Origin: Bacteroidales bacterium
GTDB taxonomy: Bacteria; Bacteroidota; Bacteroidia; Bacteroidales; P3
Direction of reading: 5' to 3'
DNA: 64,000 nucleotides
Assembly: GCA_045597945.1 (NCBI GenBank)
Contig: JAZLLD010000055.1
Coordinates: 1,985 to 65,984, forward strand
How positions within the stretch are numbered: position 1 is the first letter of the stretch; the number at the start of each line of letters is the position of its first letter. Shown piece by piece: positions 14,181 to 23,173 of this stretch. A program made the position numbers and the translations under genes. Under the pieces are notes generated by a model. The model made no database searches and was not told the origin of the DNA. It saw only the letters and a program-made list of their open reading frames with translations.

Positions 14181-16226
14181 TTATTTATCCATTGTAAAGA
14201 GGAATTCCTCGTTGGATCTTGTGTTGGCCATGTTCTTGAGTAAGAATTCCATCGACTCCACGGGGGTCATGTCGGTCAGCAAGTTGCGCAGGGCCAGGAT
14301 GCGCGAGAGCATGTTCTTGGGGACCAAGAGATCATCGCGGCGGGTGCTGGAAGCAGCCAGGTCGATGGCAGGATAGATGCGCTTGTTGGAGAGCTTTCTG
14401 TCCAGCTGGAGCTCCATATTACCTGTACCCTTAAATTCCTCAAAGATAACGTCATCCATCTTGCTGCCGGTCTCGGTGAGAGCGGTGGCGATGATGGTGA
14501 GGGAACCGCCGTCTTCAATATTACGTGCGGCACCAAAGAAGCGCTTGGGCTTCTGGAGGGCATTGGCCTCGACACCACCGGAGAGCACCTTGCCGGAGGC
14601 AGGCTGCACGGTGTTGTAGGCACGAGCCAGGCGGGTGATGGAGTCAAGCACGATGACAACGTCGTGGCCACACTCGGTCATGCGCTTGGCCTTCTCAAGC
14701 ACGATGTTGGCAATTCTCACATGGCGGTCGGCGGGCTCGTCGAAGGTGGAGGCGATAACCTCAGCCTTGACACTGCGCTGCATGTCGGTGACCTCCTCGG
14801 GGCGCTCATCAATCAGCAGCACCATGAGGTAGACCTCGGGATGGTTGTAGGCGATAGCGTTGGCAACCTCTTTGAGCAAGGTGGTCTTACCGGTCTTGGG
14901 CTGAGCCACGATGAGGCCGCGCTGACCCTTTCCGATGGGGGTAAACATGTCGATGATGCGGGTGGAGCGGGTCTCGCTGGGGTGGCCGGTCAGCTTGAAT
15001 TTCTCATCCGGGAAGAGCGGGGTGAGCGACTCAAAGGGGATGCGGTCGCGGATGCGGTCGGGCGACAAGCCATTGATATCAAGAATCTTGACCAAGACAA
15101 AGAAGCGGTCGTTCTCCTTTGGAGGACGCACACGGCCATGGACGGTGTCGCCGGAGCGCAGGCCATAGGAATGGACTATCTGGGCGGAAACATATACATC
15201 GTCGGGGGAGGCAAGATAGTTGTAGTCGGATGAGCGCAAGAAGCCGAAACCATCGGGTGCCAGCTCAAGCACACCTTCGCAGTCCACCACGCCCTCGGTA
15301 TCAAAAGGATACACGGGTTTGGGGCGAGCCTCTTCGGCCGACTGCTCGGCATTATTATCTTGATACTTATTAAATTTACGATTTTTGCGGTCGAACTTAT
15401 TGAAGCGTTCGCGGCGGTAGCCCTCGGCATTCTCCTTGGGGGCTTCGGCAGGCTGGGCTTCGCCTTCGCTGCTGGGGGCAGCGCTATCGTCGCCTTCGGC
15501 TTGCGCAGCGGCCACGGGTTCCTGATGGATATGCTCGCGATGTTTTTTTGTAGCTACCACAGCCTCAGCATTTTCTGCTGCGGGAGTTTCCACGGCGGGA
15601 GTCTCGGCCTTCACTTCCTCGGGCTTCTCGGCGTCGGTAGGAGCCTCGGGCTGTGCCTCGGCATCCTTGGCGGCGGTCTTCTTGGCGGGTTTGGCCTCAG
15701 CTGCATCAGCGGCAGCCTTCTTGGGGCGGCCACGGCGCTTCTTGGTCTCCTCAGTAGAAACATCTTCGGCAGCCGGGGCGGCAGGAGCTTCTTCCTCCTT
15801 CACGCGGATGAATTTGCCGGAAGGGCTGACTACATCGGGAATGGTGGGGATTTCCGGCACTTCGATATTGAAGCCCAGGGGGTCGCTGTCAGCAACCGAG
15901 AAAGAGTCTTTCTTCTCCTCAGCCGGGGTATTGTCGACCGGGGCTTTGCGGCCGCGCTTGTGCAATTCGGGGTTGTTTCTGGCCGACTCAGCGATAGGCA
16001 TAGGTTTGATGCGGGTGCGCTTGGGGCGTGCGGTCTCGGCGGCCTTGGCCTTTTTCTTTTCTTCCTGCTCTTTGGTTATCGCATTGGGATTCTCAGACTG
16101 CAGTCCGATGATTTTATAAATGAGATCCTGAGGTTCCAACCTTTCCGCATTGGCAATACTCAATTCTTTGGCAATATTGATGAGTTCAATATGAGCCTTG
16201 GCTTCTAATTCTGCTTTGCTATACAT
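14181..16226 (-). CDS. rho: transcription termination factor Rho with long N-terminal insertion
   Basis: 681 aa. C-terminal ATPase [15 protein letters not shown] with RNA-binding and Q/R loops. About 250 aa of A/E/K/P-rich low-complexity insert. Confidence 0.95.
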   Translation of the reverse strand: MYSKAELEAKAHIELINIAKELSIANAERLEPQDLIYKIIGLQSENPNAITKEQEEKKKAKAAETARPKRTRIKPMPIAESARNNPELHKRGRKAPVDNTPAEEKKDSFSVADSDPLGFNIEVPEIPTIPDVVSPSGKFIRVKEEEAPAAPAAEDVSTEETKKRRGRPKKAAADAAEAKPAKKTAAKDAEAQPEAPTDAEKPEEVKAETPAVETPAAENAEAVVATKKHREHIHQEPVAAAQAEGDDSAAPSSEGEAQPAEAPKENAEGYRRERFNKFDRKNRKFNKYQDNNAEQSAEEARPKPVYPFDTEGVVDCEGVLELAPDGFGFLRSSDYNYLASPDDVYVSAQIVHSYGLRSGDTVHGRVRPPKENDRFFVLVKILDINGLSPDRIRDRIPFESLTPLFPDEKFKLTGHPSETRSTRIIDMFTPIGKGQRGLIVAQPKTGKTTLLKEVANAIAYNHPEVYLMVLLIDERPEEVTDMQRSVKAEVIASTFDEPADRHVRIANIVLEKAKRMTECGHDVVIVLDSITRLARAYNTVQPASGKVLSGGVEANALQKPKRFFGAARNIEDGGSLTIIATALTETGSKMDDVIFEEFKGTGNMELQLDRKLSNKRIYPAIDLAASSTRRDDLLVPKNMLSRILALRNLLTDMTPVESMEFLLKNMANTRSNEEFLFTMDK

Positions 16227-16410
16227 ATCGCTAGCGTGTGTGCTTAGTGTTTTTTGAAAAAAATAGGTTCAACAAAAAAATCTTGGAACGGACTGAGAAT
16301 AAGCAAATAATTTACAATTTTCAAACAATCTCAGCCGGTTTTTGATACCGCAAAATTACAAAAAAAAACTAACATTTGAAAAAAAATTTTGTTGTTTGAA
16401 TGAAAATGTG

Positions 16411-16418
16411 TAATTTTG
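16411..16418 (+). promoter_or_regulatory. -7 box (TAatTTTG) of gcvH
   Basis: taattttg lies about 48 nt upstream of the ATG at 16466. Confidence 0.4.
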
Positions 16419-16465
16419 CAAACAATTAAATAAACAATTTATAACACTTAATTAAGTAATACACA

Positions 16466-16843
16466 ATGAACATTCCTGAAAATCTGAAGTACACCCAGGA
16501 CGACGAATGGGTACGCATTGAAGGCGAATTTGCTTATGTAGGTATCACCGACTACGCTCAGCACGAGCTCGGCGACATCGTTTTTGTTGACGTTGATTGC
16601 GAAGGCGACACCATCGAAGGTGGCGAGGCTTTCGGTAGCGTTGAGGCTGTGAAGACCGTTGCTGATCTTCTCATGCCCGTAACCTCTGAGGTTGTTGAGT
16701 TCAACACCGCTCTCGAGGACGCTAGCGCTATCAACAACGATCCTTACGGCGCAGGCTGGATCATCAAGGTTAAGCCCGCTAACATGGCCGACATCGAGGG
16801 TCTCCTCGACGCTGCTGCTTATAAAGCAAAAATCGGTGCATAA
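16466..16843 (+). CDS. gcvH: glycine cleavage system protein H
   Basis: 125 aa. Lipoyl-lysine motif VEAVKTV and the typical YTQDDEWVR start. Confidence 0.95.
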   Translation: MNIPENLKYTQDDEWVRIEGEFAYVGITDYAQHELGDIVFVDVDCEGDTIEGGEAFGSVEAVKTVADLLMPVTSEVVEFNTALEDASAINNDPYGAGWIIKVKPANMADIEGLLDAAAYKAKIGA

Positions 16844-16867
16844 TCGCCCATTATTTTGCCTTTACTC

Positions 16868-16902
16868 AAAGGCTGTCCGCAAGGGCAGCCTTTACTTTTT
16901 TG
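16868..16902 (+). terminator. gcvH terminator
   Basis: aaaggctgtcc-gcaa-gggcagccttt hairpin with a GNRA-like loop, followed by ttttttg. Confidence 0.7.
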
Positions 16903-17050
16903 CCTTCCCCCGCCCTTCCTCCGCCACTTATACCTTATTTATACTATAGTTATCCTATATTTATACTATTATATATAGGATAAATAAGGTATAAATATAG
17001 AATAAATATAGGATAAGGAACGGAGGTAGAGCGGAGGTAAGGTGGGGTGA
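16903..17050. repeat. 11-bp-module quasi-palindromic element, copy A (reverse orientation relative to B and C)
   Basis: Core at 16926-17024. The reverse complement reads ccgttccttat cctatatttat tctatatttat accttatttat cctatatataa tagtataa atataggataa ctatagtataa ataaggtataa. GG-ending 11-mers at 17024-17045. Confidence 0.8.
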
Positions 17051-17120
17051 CGCTTGGGCTGCTCCGGCAGAGGTTTGGCCGCAAAGTGAATTTTTTTTCG
17101 CAAATATCAATTTTTTTATG

Positions 17121-17128
17121 TATATTTG
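17121..17128 (+). promoter_or_regulatory. -7 box (TAtaTTTG) of the hydrogenase sensor operon
   Basis: tatatttg lies about 37 nt upstream of the ATG at 17165. Confidence 0.4.
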
Positions 17129-17164
17129 CATTTTATTAATTTGTACAAATAATAATATAATAAT

Positions 17165-17461
17165 ATGATTATCAAAGTATGCGTCGGCAGTTCATGCCAT
17201 TTGAAAGGTTCCTACGACGTGATCGAGGCCATGAAGAACATCCTGAAGAAGCACCAACTGGAGGACAAAGTAGAGCTGGAAGCCAGTTTCTGCCTGGGTC
17301 ATTGCGCCAAAGGCGTTTCGGTTGCCGCTGAAGAGTTGGGCGACGTCAAGGTGGTTGAAAACCCCAGCGTCTCCATCACCGAGGATGGCTTGATGCTCCA
17401 CAATGTTAACGGCCAGAACGTTGAGGCCCTTTTCGAAAAAGAAATCCTGCCCCTGCTGTAG
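17165..17461 (+). CDS. thioredoxin-like [2Fe-2S] ferredoxin (NuoE-like)
   Basis: 98 aa. Cys pattern C6-x4-C11 ... C43-x3-C47 (VCVGSSCHLKG ... CLGHCAKG). Confidence 0.7.
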   Translation: MIIKVCVGSSCHLKGSYDVIEAMKNILKKHQLEDKVELEASFCLGHCAKGVSVAAEELGDVKVVENPSVSITEDGLMLHNVNGQNVEALFEKEILPLL

Positions 17462-17539
17462 TCGGCCAATAACATCCGGCTGTTTTCACTGATTCCGGCG
17501 ATAACTCCAATCGCCGACAACAAACTTAAGCCCACAAAC

Positions 17540-19264
17540 ATGGCTATATCTCAGTTTCTAGATTTCAAGCGCGTGAAGTGCAAGGACTGCTTCCGCTGCT
17601 TGCGCGAATGCCCGGTGAAGGCCATCAGCTTCGCCAACCAATATGCCCAGATTATCGACGACCGCTGCATCCTCTGCGGCCGCTGTATGCATGTATGCCC
17701 GCAGAATGCAAAGATTGTACACGGCGATTTCGACCGCGTGCTCAATATGTTACGCAACGGACAGAAAGTGATTGCCAGTGTGGCACCTTCCTTTGTTTCG
17801 TGCCTGGGGCTGAAGAGTTTTGCCCCGCTGCGCGGAGCGCTGAAGCAGATGGGTTTCTACGATGCTGAGGAGACCGCCCGCGGCGCTGAATGGGTCACCC
17901 GGGAGTACGACCGCCTGCTGAAATCTGGTGAGTACAAGAACTTTATCACTTCGGCTTGCCCCTCGGCATGCCGCCTGATTCAGGAATATTTCCCCCAGGC
18001 CCTCCCCTACCTCGCCCCCGTGGTTTCGCCCATGGTGGCACATGCCAAACTGATTCACGCTGAGCACCCCGATGCCGAGGTGGTGTTCTTCGGCCCCTGC
18101 CTGGCCAAGAAACGCGAGGCCGCTGAGTCCGGCGAGATTTCCGCCGTGATTACTTTCAGCGAGATGATGGATGAGAAATGCCCGGTTGACTTGAAGACGG
18201 TGATTGCCAACAGTGCCGAGGATTCTTCTGCCCCCGCAGCCATCGACTACAAGGCCAAGGGGTATCCCGTGACCGAAGGTATCATACGCTCATTCACCAA
18301 ACTGCCTGAGGGCTACAGATATATGACCGTGGACGGCCCCAAGCGCTGCATGGAGGTGCTGGAGAATATTGAGAACTACGAGGGTGTGTTTATGGAGATT
18401 AACATCTGCCCTGATGGTTGCGTGAATGGCCCTTGCGCCGTGCTGCCCATAGGTGGCATCACCAAGGCCAAGGTGGAGCTGTTGGACTATGTTGACAATG
18501 AGAAGGAATTGTATCCCACTGCAACTCAGCCCGAAACAACGGATGTTGAATTCCAATGCGAGCACCCGAGAGTGACTAACCGCAGTCGCAAGGTGACTGA
18601 CAAAGAGATTGAAGAGGTGCTGCAACGCACCGGCAAGATGTCGCCAGCCGATGAGCTGAACTGCGGTGTGTGCGGTTATCGCAGTTGCCGCGGCAAGGCA
18701 TGGGCCGTGATTAACGGTTATGCCGATATCGAGATGTGCCTGCCTTATATGCGCAAGAAGGCCGAGTCGCTGGCCGTGGCCGTAGTGCACAAGAGCCCTG
18801 AGGGCATCATCATCGTGAACAGCGACATGGAGATTGTGGATGCCAACGCAACGGCTATGGACATGCTGGGCATGGGCGGCAATCCCGAAAGTCTCACCCC
18901 GCAGCCGCTGAACGACTTTTTCTCGCCCCTTGATTTCTATCTTGCCTATACACAAAAACATAATGTAGAGGTTCACAAGCAGTTTATCCGCTCCACGCAG
19001 CGTTATGTGGATATCACCATCTGCAACATGGAGGAGAACAAGCTGATTTTCGGCCAGATGAAGGATGTGACCGAGGAGGTGAACTACGAGAAGAAGTTGG
19101 AACACCTGCGCCATGAGACGCTGGAAACTACCGATAAGGTGATTATGAAGCAGATGCGTGTGGCTCAAGAGATTGCGTCGCTTCTGGGCGAGACAACCGC
19201 GGAAACCAAGGTGGCGCTGCTGAACTTGAAGAAGATGTTGCAACAAGAGACCGAAAAGGAGTAG
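17540..19264 (+). CDS. HydS-type putative sensory [FeFe] hydrogenase (4Fe-4S + H-cluster-like domain + PAS)
   Basis: 574 aa. Two N-terminal CxxCxxCxxxCP motifs. H-cluster motifs are diverged relative to HydA in this window (TSACPS, GPCLAKK, CPDGCVNG). Then CGVCGYRSC and a PAS-like C-terminus. Confidence 0.8.
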   Translation: MAISQFLDFKRVKCKDCFRCLRECPVKAISFANQYAQIIDDRCILCGRCMHVCPQNAKIVHGDFDRVLNMLRNGQKVIASVAPSFVSCLGLKSFAPLRGALKQMGFYDAEETARGAEWVTREYDRLLKSGEYKNFITSACPSACRLIQEYFPQALPYLAPVVSPMVAHAKLIHAEHPDAEVVFFGPCLAKKREAAESGEISAVITFSEMMDEKCPVDLKTVIANSAEDSSAPAAIDYKAKGYPVTEGIIRSFTKLPEGYRYMTVDGPKRCMEVLENIENYEGVFMEINICPDGCVNGPCAVLPIGGITKAKVELLDYVDNEKELYPTATQPETTDVEFQCEHPRVTNRSRKVTDKEIEEVLQRTGKMSPADELNCGVCGYRSCRGKAWAVINGYADIEMCLPYMRKKAESLAVAVVHKSPEGIIIVNSDMEIVDANATAMDMLGMGGNPESLTPQPLNDFFSPLDFYLAYTQKHNVEVHKQFIRSTQRYVDITICNMEENKLIFGQMKDVTEEVNYEKKLEHLRHETLETTDKVIMKQMRVAQEIASLLGETTAETKVALLNLKKMLQQETEKE

Positions 19265-19268
19265 CGCT

Positions 19269-20429
19269 ATGGAACTATGTCTTGAGACCGGCTATACCTC
19301 GCTGAACCATGTTGGCGAAGAGTTATGTGGCGACCATGTGGAGAGTTGCGTGAATGGCGAGTACACCACTTTGGTTCTTGCCGACGGACTTGGCAGCGGT
19401 GTGAAAGCCAGCATCTTATCTACACTTACGTCAAAGATTCTCTGCACCATGGTGGCGAACGAAATCGACATTACCGAGTGTGTGCAGACAATTATCGAGA
19501 CACTGCCCGTGTGCCATGAAAGAGGCGTGGCCTATTCCACTTTTTCAGTCATCCATGTCAACCGCCAAGGCAAGGGCTATCTGTTTGAATTTGACAATCC
19601 CGAGGCTATTTATTACCACAACGGCAAGGCTATTGATTTCGAAAGAGAGGAGCTGGATGTTTGCGGTAAGACGGTGTATAAGAGTGTGTTGTCCCTGACT
19701 GAGGGCGATATTGTGATGGTGATGAGCGACGGAACAGTGCATGCCGGCATCGGCCGAGTGCTTAATTTCGGCTGGCCCCGCGAGGTAATCAAGGAATATC
19801 TCAACCACCATTTGACGGATGATCTGACAGCCCGTGCGGCAGCCTGCGTGCTGGCCACGGCTTGCAACGAGATTTATGAAGGCGAACCTAGCGACGACAC
19901 TACGGTGGCAGCAGTTCGCATCCGTAAACGTATGGATGTGAGCGTGATGGTTGGTCCTCCGGTAAATAAAGAACAAGACGAAGAGCATGTGCGCCGCTTT
20001 ATGGAAGGCGACGGCTACAAAGTTGTGTGCGGGGGTACCAGTTCAAAGATTCTAGCTCGCCAGTTAGGCAAACGAGTGAAACCTTCGCTAGAATATAGCG
20101 ACCCCACCATTCCGCCTACCGGTATTATAGATGGTATCGACTTGGTGACCGAGGGCGTTATCACATTGCGCCGACTGTTGGAGATTTCTCGCAAGTATCT
20201 TTCCATTTCCGACTTGACACCCAAGTATTTTGAGAAGGACGATGGTGCGTCGCGCCTAGCAGACATGCTGTTTGAGCGTTCCACTCATGTGCATTTCTTT
20301 GTAGGCCAAAGTGTTAACGAAGCCCATCAAGGTTTGGAGATTGACATTACAATGAAACTTAAATTGGTAGAAAGTCTTGCCGCCAACCTCCGAGCTATGG
20401 GCAAAGAAGTCACCCTACTTTACGACTAA
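19269..20429 (+). CDS. SpoIIE/PP2C-family protein phosphatase
   Basis: 386 aa. CGDHVE...LADGLGSGVKA...MSDG motifs. Starts 4 nt after the HydS-like stop. Confidence 0.8.
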   Translation: MELCLETGYTSLNHVGEELCGDHVESCVNGEYTTLVLADGLGSGVKASILSTLTSKILCTMVANEIDITECVQTIIETLPVCHERGVAYSTFSVIHVNRQGKGYLFEFDNPEAIYYHNGKAIDFEREELDVCGKTVYKSVLSLTEGDIVMVMSDGTVHAGIGRVLNFGWPREVIKEYLNHHLTDDLTARAAACVLATACNEIYEGEPSDDTTVAAVRIRKRMDVSVMVGPPVNKEQDEEHVRRFMEGDGYKVVCGGTSSKILARQLGKRVKPSLEYSDPTIPPTGIIDGIDLVTEGVITLRRLLEISRKYLSISDLTPKYFEKDDGASRLADMLFERSTHVHFFVGQSVNEAHQGLEIDITMKLKLVESLAANLRAMGKEVTLLYD

Positions 20430-20434
20430 GAATT

Positions 20435-20836
20435 ATGGTAAAAAAACACTGGCTGATTTTGACGAATGGCCTTGTATGGACAGCCGCAGGCATAAACATT
20501 GCCCGCATCGGCATTATTTCGGCCATTGAAAACGGCACATGGGTCTGGCTCTATGGCCTGATAGTCTTTGCGCTATTCGGCACTATGTTTTTTCGCGTCA
20601 TCAGCAAAAACACCAAGCGCATCCGGGCTATGGAGCAAGAAAAAGCTCCTATTTATAAGTTCCTCACTCTCAAAGGATATCTCATTATCGCGTTTATGAT
20701 GACGCTGGGAATTGTCCTCCGCCATATAGGAAGTATCCCCAACAGCTTTTTTGCTTTCTTTTATTCTGGATTGGGATGTGCCTTAGCCTCGGCAGGACTG
20801 TATTCCATCTTCAAACTTGCCATCACGAAGAGATAA
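20435..20836 (+). CDS. multi-pass membrane protein (hypothetical)
   Basis: 133 aa with about four hydrophobic segments. Starts 5 nt after the phosphatase stop. Confidence 0.5.
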   Translation: MVKKHWLILTNGLVWTAAGINIARIGIISAIENGTWVWLYGLIVFALFGTMFFRVISKNTKRIRAMEQEKAPIYKFLTLKGYLIIAFMMTLGIVLRHIGSIPNSFFAFFYSGLGCALASAGLYSIFKLAITKR

Positions 20837-20854
20837 TAATTCCAATCATAAAAT

Positions 20855-20890
20855 AAAAAGAGGTCGCCCGAAAGCGACCTCTTTTATTTA
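20855..20890. terminator. bidirectional terminator between convergent operons
   Basis: aaaagaggtcgc (20856-20867) / gcgacctctttt (20874-20885) with loop ccgaaa. A/T runs on both sides. Confidence 0.7.
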
Positions 20891-20903
20891 TGCCAGATAA
20901 CTA

Positions 20904-21383
20904 TTATTCAGCATATTCGGCAATGATGCCGGACACCATGTTGGGGGTGAGTCGGCCGTAGACCTTCTCGCCAATCATGGCCACGGGAGCCAAGCTGCAA
21001 GCACCGACACAGCGGAGGGTGTTGAGAGAGAACTTGCCGTCGGCAGTGGTCTGACCTTCGCCGATGCCCAGCTGGCGCTTGAACTCCTCAAGGAGTTTGT
21101 CGCTACCGCGCACGTGGCAGGCAGTACCCAGGCAGATGTCGATAGGATATTTGCCCTTGGGGGTCATGGTGAAGAAGGAATAGAAGGATACGATGCCGAA
21201 AACCTTGGCCACAGGCATTCTGAGCTGTTTGGCCACGAACTCCTGTACCTCAGCGGGGAGGTAGCCGAGTTTGCCCTGCACACCATGGAGCACATGGATA
21301 ACATTTGAGGCGAGGTTGCCGTTTTCATTGCAGACGTCAATGATGACCTGCTTGTTTCTTTCGTTTAATTCAAACTTACACAT
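20904..21383 (-). CDS. hydC: [FeFe] hydrogenase NuoE-like [2Fe-2S] subunit
   Basis: 159 aa. Thioredoxin-like 2Fe-2S Cys pattern (CLGTACHVRG ... CVGACSLAP). Last gene of the hydB-hydA-hydC operon. Confidence 0.85.
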   Translation of the reverse strand: MCKFELNERNKQVIIDVCNENGNLASNVIHVLHGVQGKLGYLPAEVQEFVAKQLRMPVAKVFGIVSFYSFFTMTPKGKYPIDICLGTACHVRGSDKLLEEFKRQLGIGEGQTTADGKFSLNTLRCVGACSLAPVAMIGEKVYGRLTPNMVSGIIAEYAE

Positions 21384-21398
21384 AGCTTTCTCGGTTTA

Positions 21399-23171
21399 TT
21401 AGAGTCCAAAATTCTTTTCTGACTTATCAAAGTAGTGAGTGTGAAGCAGATGATGTGCCTTCTCGCCACAAGGTTCGCCCAAGTACTCTTTGTAGAGTTC
21501 CTGAATGTAGGGATTCTCGTGGGATTTGCGGATGGGCTTGGATGCATCTTCCTCGTACACAGCCTGCAGACGTTTCTCAACCTTGGAGAAGTCGCCGTGG
21601 TGGTAGGGCTGGCCAGCGCCACCTACGCAACCGCCGGGGCAAGCCATGACCTCGATGGCATGGAACTGAGCTTCGCCACTGCGAACTTTGTCGAGCAGTT
21701 TGCGAGCATTACCCAGACCGTGAGCAATACCAATGTGGATGGGAGTGCCATCAAAATCAACGGTTGCTTCGCGAACGCCAGAGAGGCCGCGGAGCTCCTT
21801 GAAATCGACTTTGCCGAGGGATTTCTTGGTGTAAAGTTCATAAGCAGTGCGAGTTGCAGCTTCGATAACACCGCCAGTTGCGCCAAAAATAACAGCGGCA
21901 CCGGTGCTCTCGCCGAGAGGACGGTCGAAGTCGCTTTCAACCAACTCATCAAAACGGATACCAAGAAGTTTGATCATGTCGGCAAGCTCACGAGTGGTGA
22001 GGCTGTAGTCAACATCGGGATTACCGTCAACCTTGAACTCATCGCGCTGACACTCATATTTCTTAGCAACGCAAGGCATGATAGCTACGACAACGAGGTC
22101 TTCGCGTTTGATGCCAAGTTTCTCAGCCCAGTAGTTCTTAGCGATAGCGCCAAACATCTGCATGGGGCTCTTTGCGGTCGAGGGAACATCCAGCATATCA
22201 GGATAGTAGGTCTCGAAGAAGTTAACCCAACCGGGGCAGCAGCTGGTCATGATGGGGAGGCGGACGCTCTTGTCGCCATTCATGAAGCGAGAAATACGGT
22301 CAAGCATCTCGGTACCTTCTTCCATGATGGTGAGGTCGGCAGCAAAGTCGGTGTCAAACACATAGTTGAAACCGAGCTGACGCAGAGCGGTAACCATCTT
22401 ACCAGTTACACGACTACCGGGTTCCATGCCAAATTCTTCACCGAGGGCAACGCGGACGGCGGGAGCGGTCTGGACGATAACGGTTTTCTTAGGATTGTTG
22501 AGGGCGTTCATCACATCGCGGGTGTTGTTGACCTCAGAGAGGGCTCCAACGGGGCATGCCTGGACGCACTGACCGCACATAACACAAGGTGTATCAACGA
22601 GTTTCTTCTCAAAAGCGGTGCCAACTACAGCTTCAAAACCACGGTTAATACCGGAAAGAACGCCTACGGTCTGCATCTCATTGCAGACGGTTTCGCAACG
22701 GCGGCACATGATGCACTTGTCCATGTCACGGATGATGGCGGGAGAAATATCTTTCTTATAATGAGACTGTTCACCTGAATAAGTGATCTCACGCAGACCC
22801 AGGTCGATGGCCAGTTTCTGCAGTTCGCACTTGCCAGCCTGAGGGCAGACGAGGCAGTCAGCAGGATGGTCGGAAAGGATGAGGTCGACCACGGTGCGGC
22901 GAGCCATGATGACACGCAGAGAGTGGGTATGGACAACCATGCCTTCGGACACCTGGGTGTAGCAGGAAGGAACGAGATTCTTGTTGCCTTCAACCTCAAC
23001 AACACAAACACGGCACGAACCGGGTTTGTTTTCAATGCCCTGACCTTTCAGTTCGTAATGGCAGAGGGTGGGAATTTCAATACCGACGCTTTTTGCAGCC
23101 TGAAGGATTGTGGTACCTTTGGGGACCTGCAAATAATGATCATCGATAGTTAATGCTATCATATTTTCCAT
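21399..23171 (-). CDS. hydA: [FeFe] hydrogenase catalytic subunit
   Basis: 590 aa. N-terminal 2Fe-2S and 4Fe-4S motifs. H-cluster motifs MTSCCPGW, MPCVAKK and MACPGGCVGGAGQP. Confidence 0.9.
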   Translation of the reverse strand: MENMIALTIDDHYLQVPKGTTILQAAKSVGIEIPTLCHYELKGQGIENKPGSCRVCVVEVEGNKNLVPSCYTQVSEGMVVHTHSLRVIMARRTVVDLILSDHPADCLVCPQAGKCELQKLAIDLGLREITYSGEQSHYKKDISPAIIRDMDKCIMCRRCETVCNEMQTVGVLSGINRGFEAVVGTAFEKKLVDTPCVMCGQCVQACPVGALSEVNNTRDVMNALNNPKKTVIVQTAPAVRVALGEEFGMEPGSRVTGKMVTALRQLGFNYVFDTDFAADLTIMEEGTEMLDRISRFMNGDKSVRLPIMTSCCPGWVNFFETYYPDMLDVPSTAKSPMQMFGAIAKNYWAEKLGIKREDLVVVAIMPCVAKKYECQRDEFKVDGNPDVDYSLTTRELADMIKLLGIRFDELVESDFDRPLGESTGAAVIFGATGGVIEAATRTAYELYTKKSLGKVDFKELRGLSGVREATVDFDGTPIHIGIAHGLGNARKLLDKVRSGEAQFHAIEVMACPGGCVGGAGQPYHHGDFSKVEKRLQAVYEEDASKPIRKSHENPYIQELYKEYLGEPCGEKAHHLLHTHYFDKSEKNFGL

Positions 23172-23173
23172 GA

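Noticed and set aside
16227-16465. Glycine riboswitch upstream of gcvH.
   Set aside because: The region is AT-rich and lacks the conserved GGAGAG...CACCG...ACCGAAGGGGCAA-type blocks.
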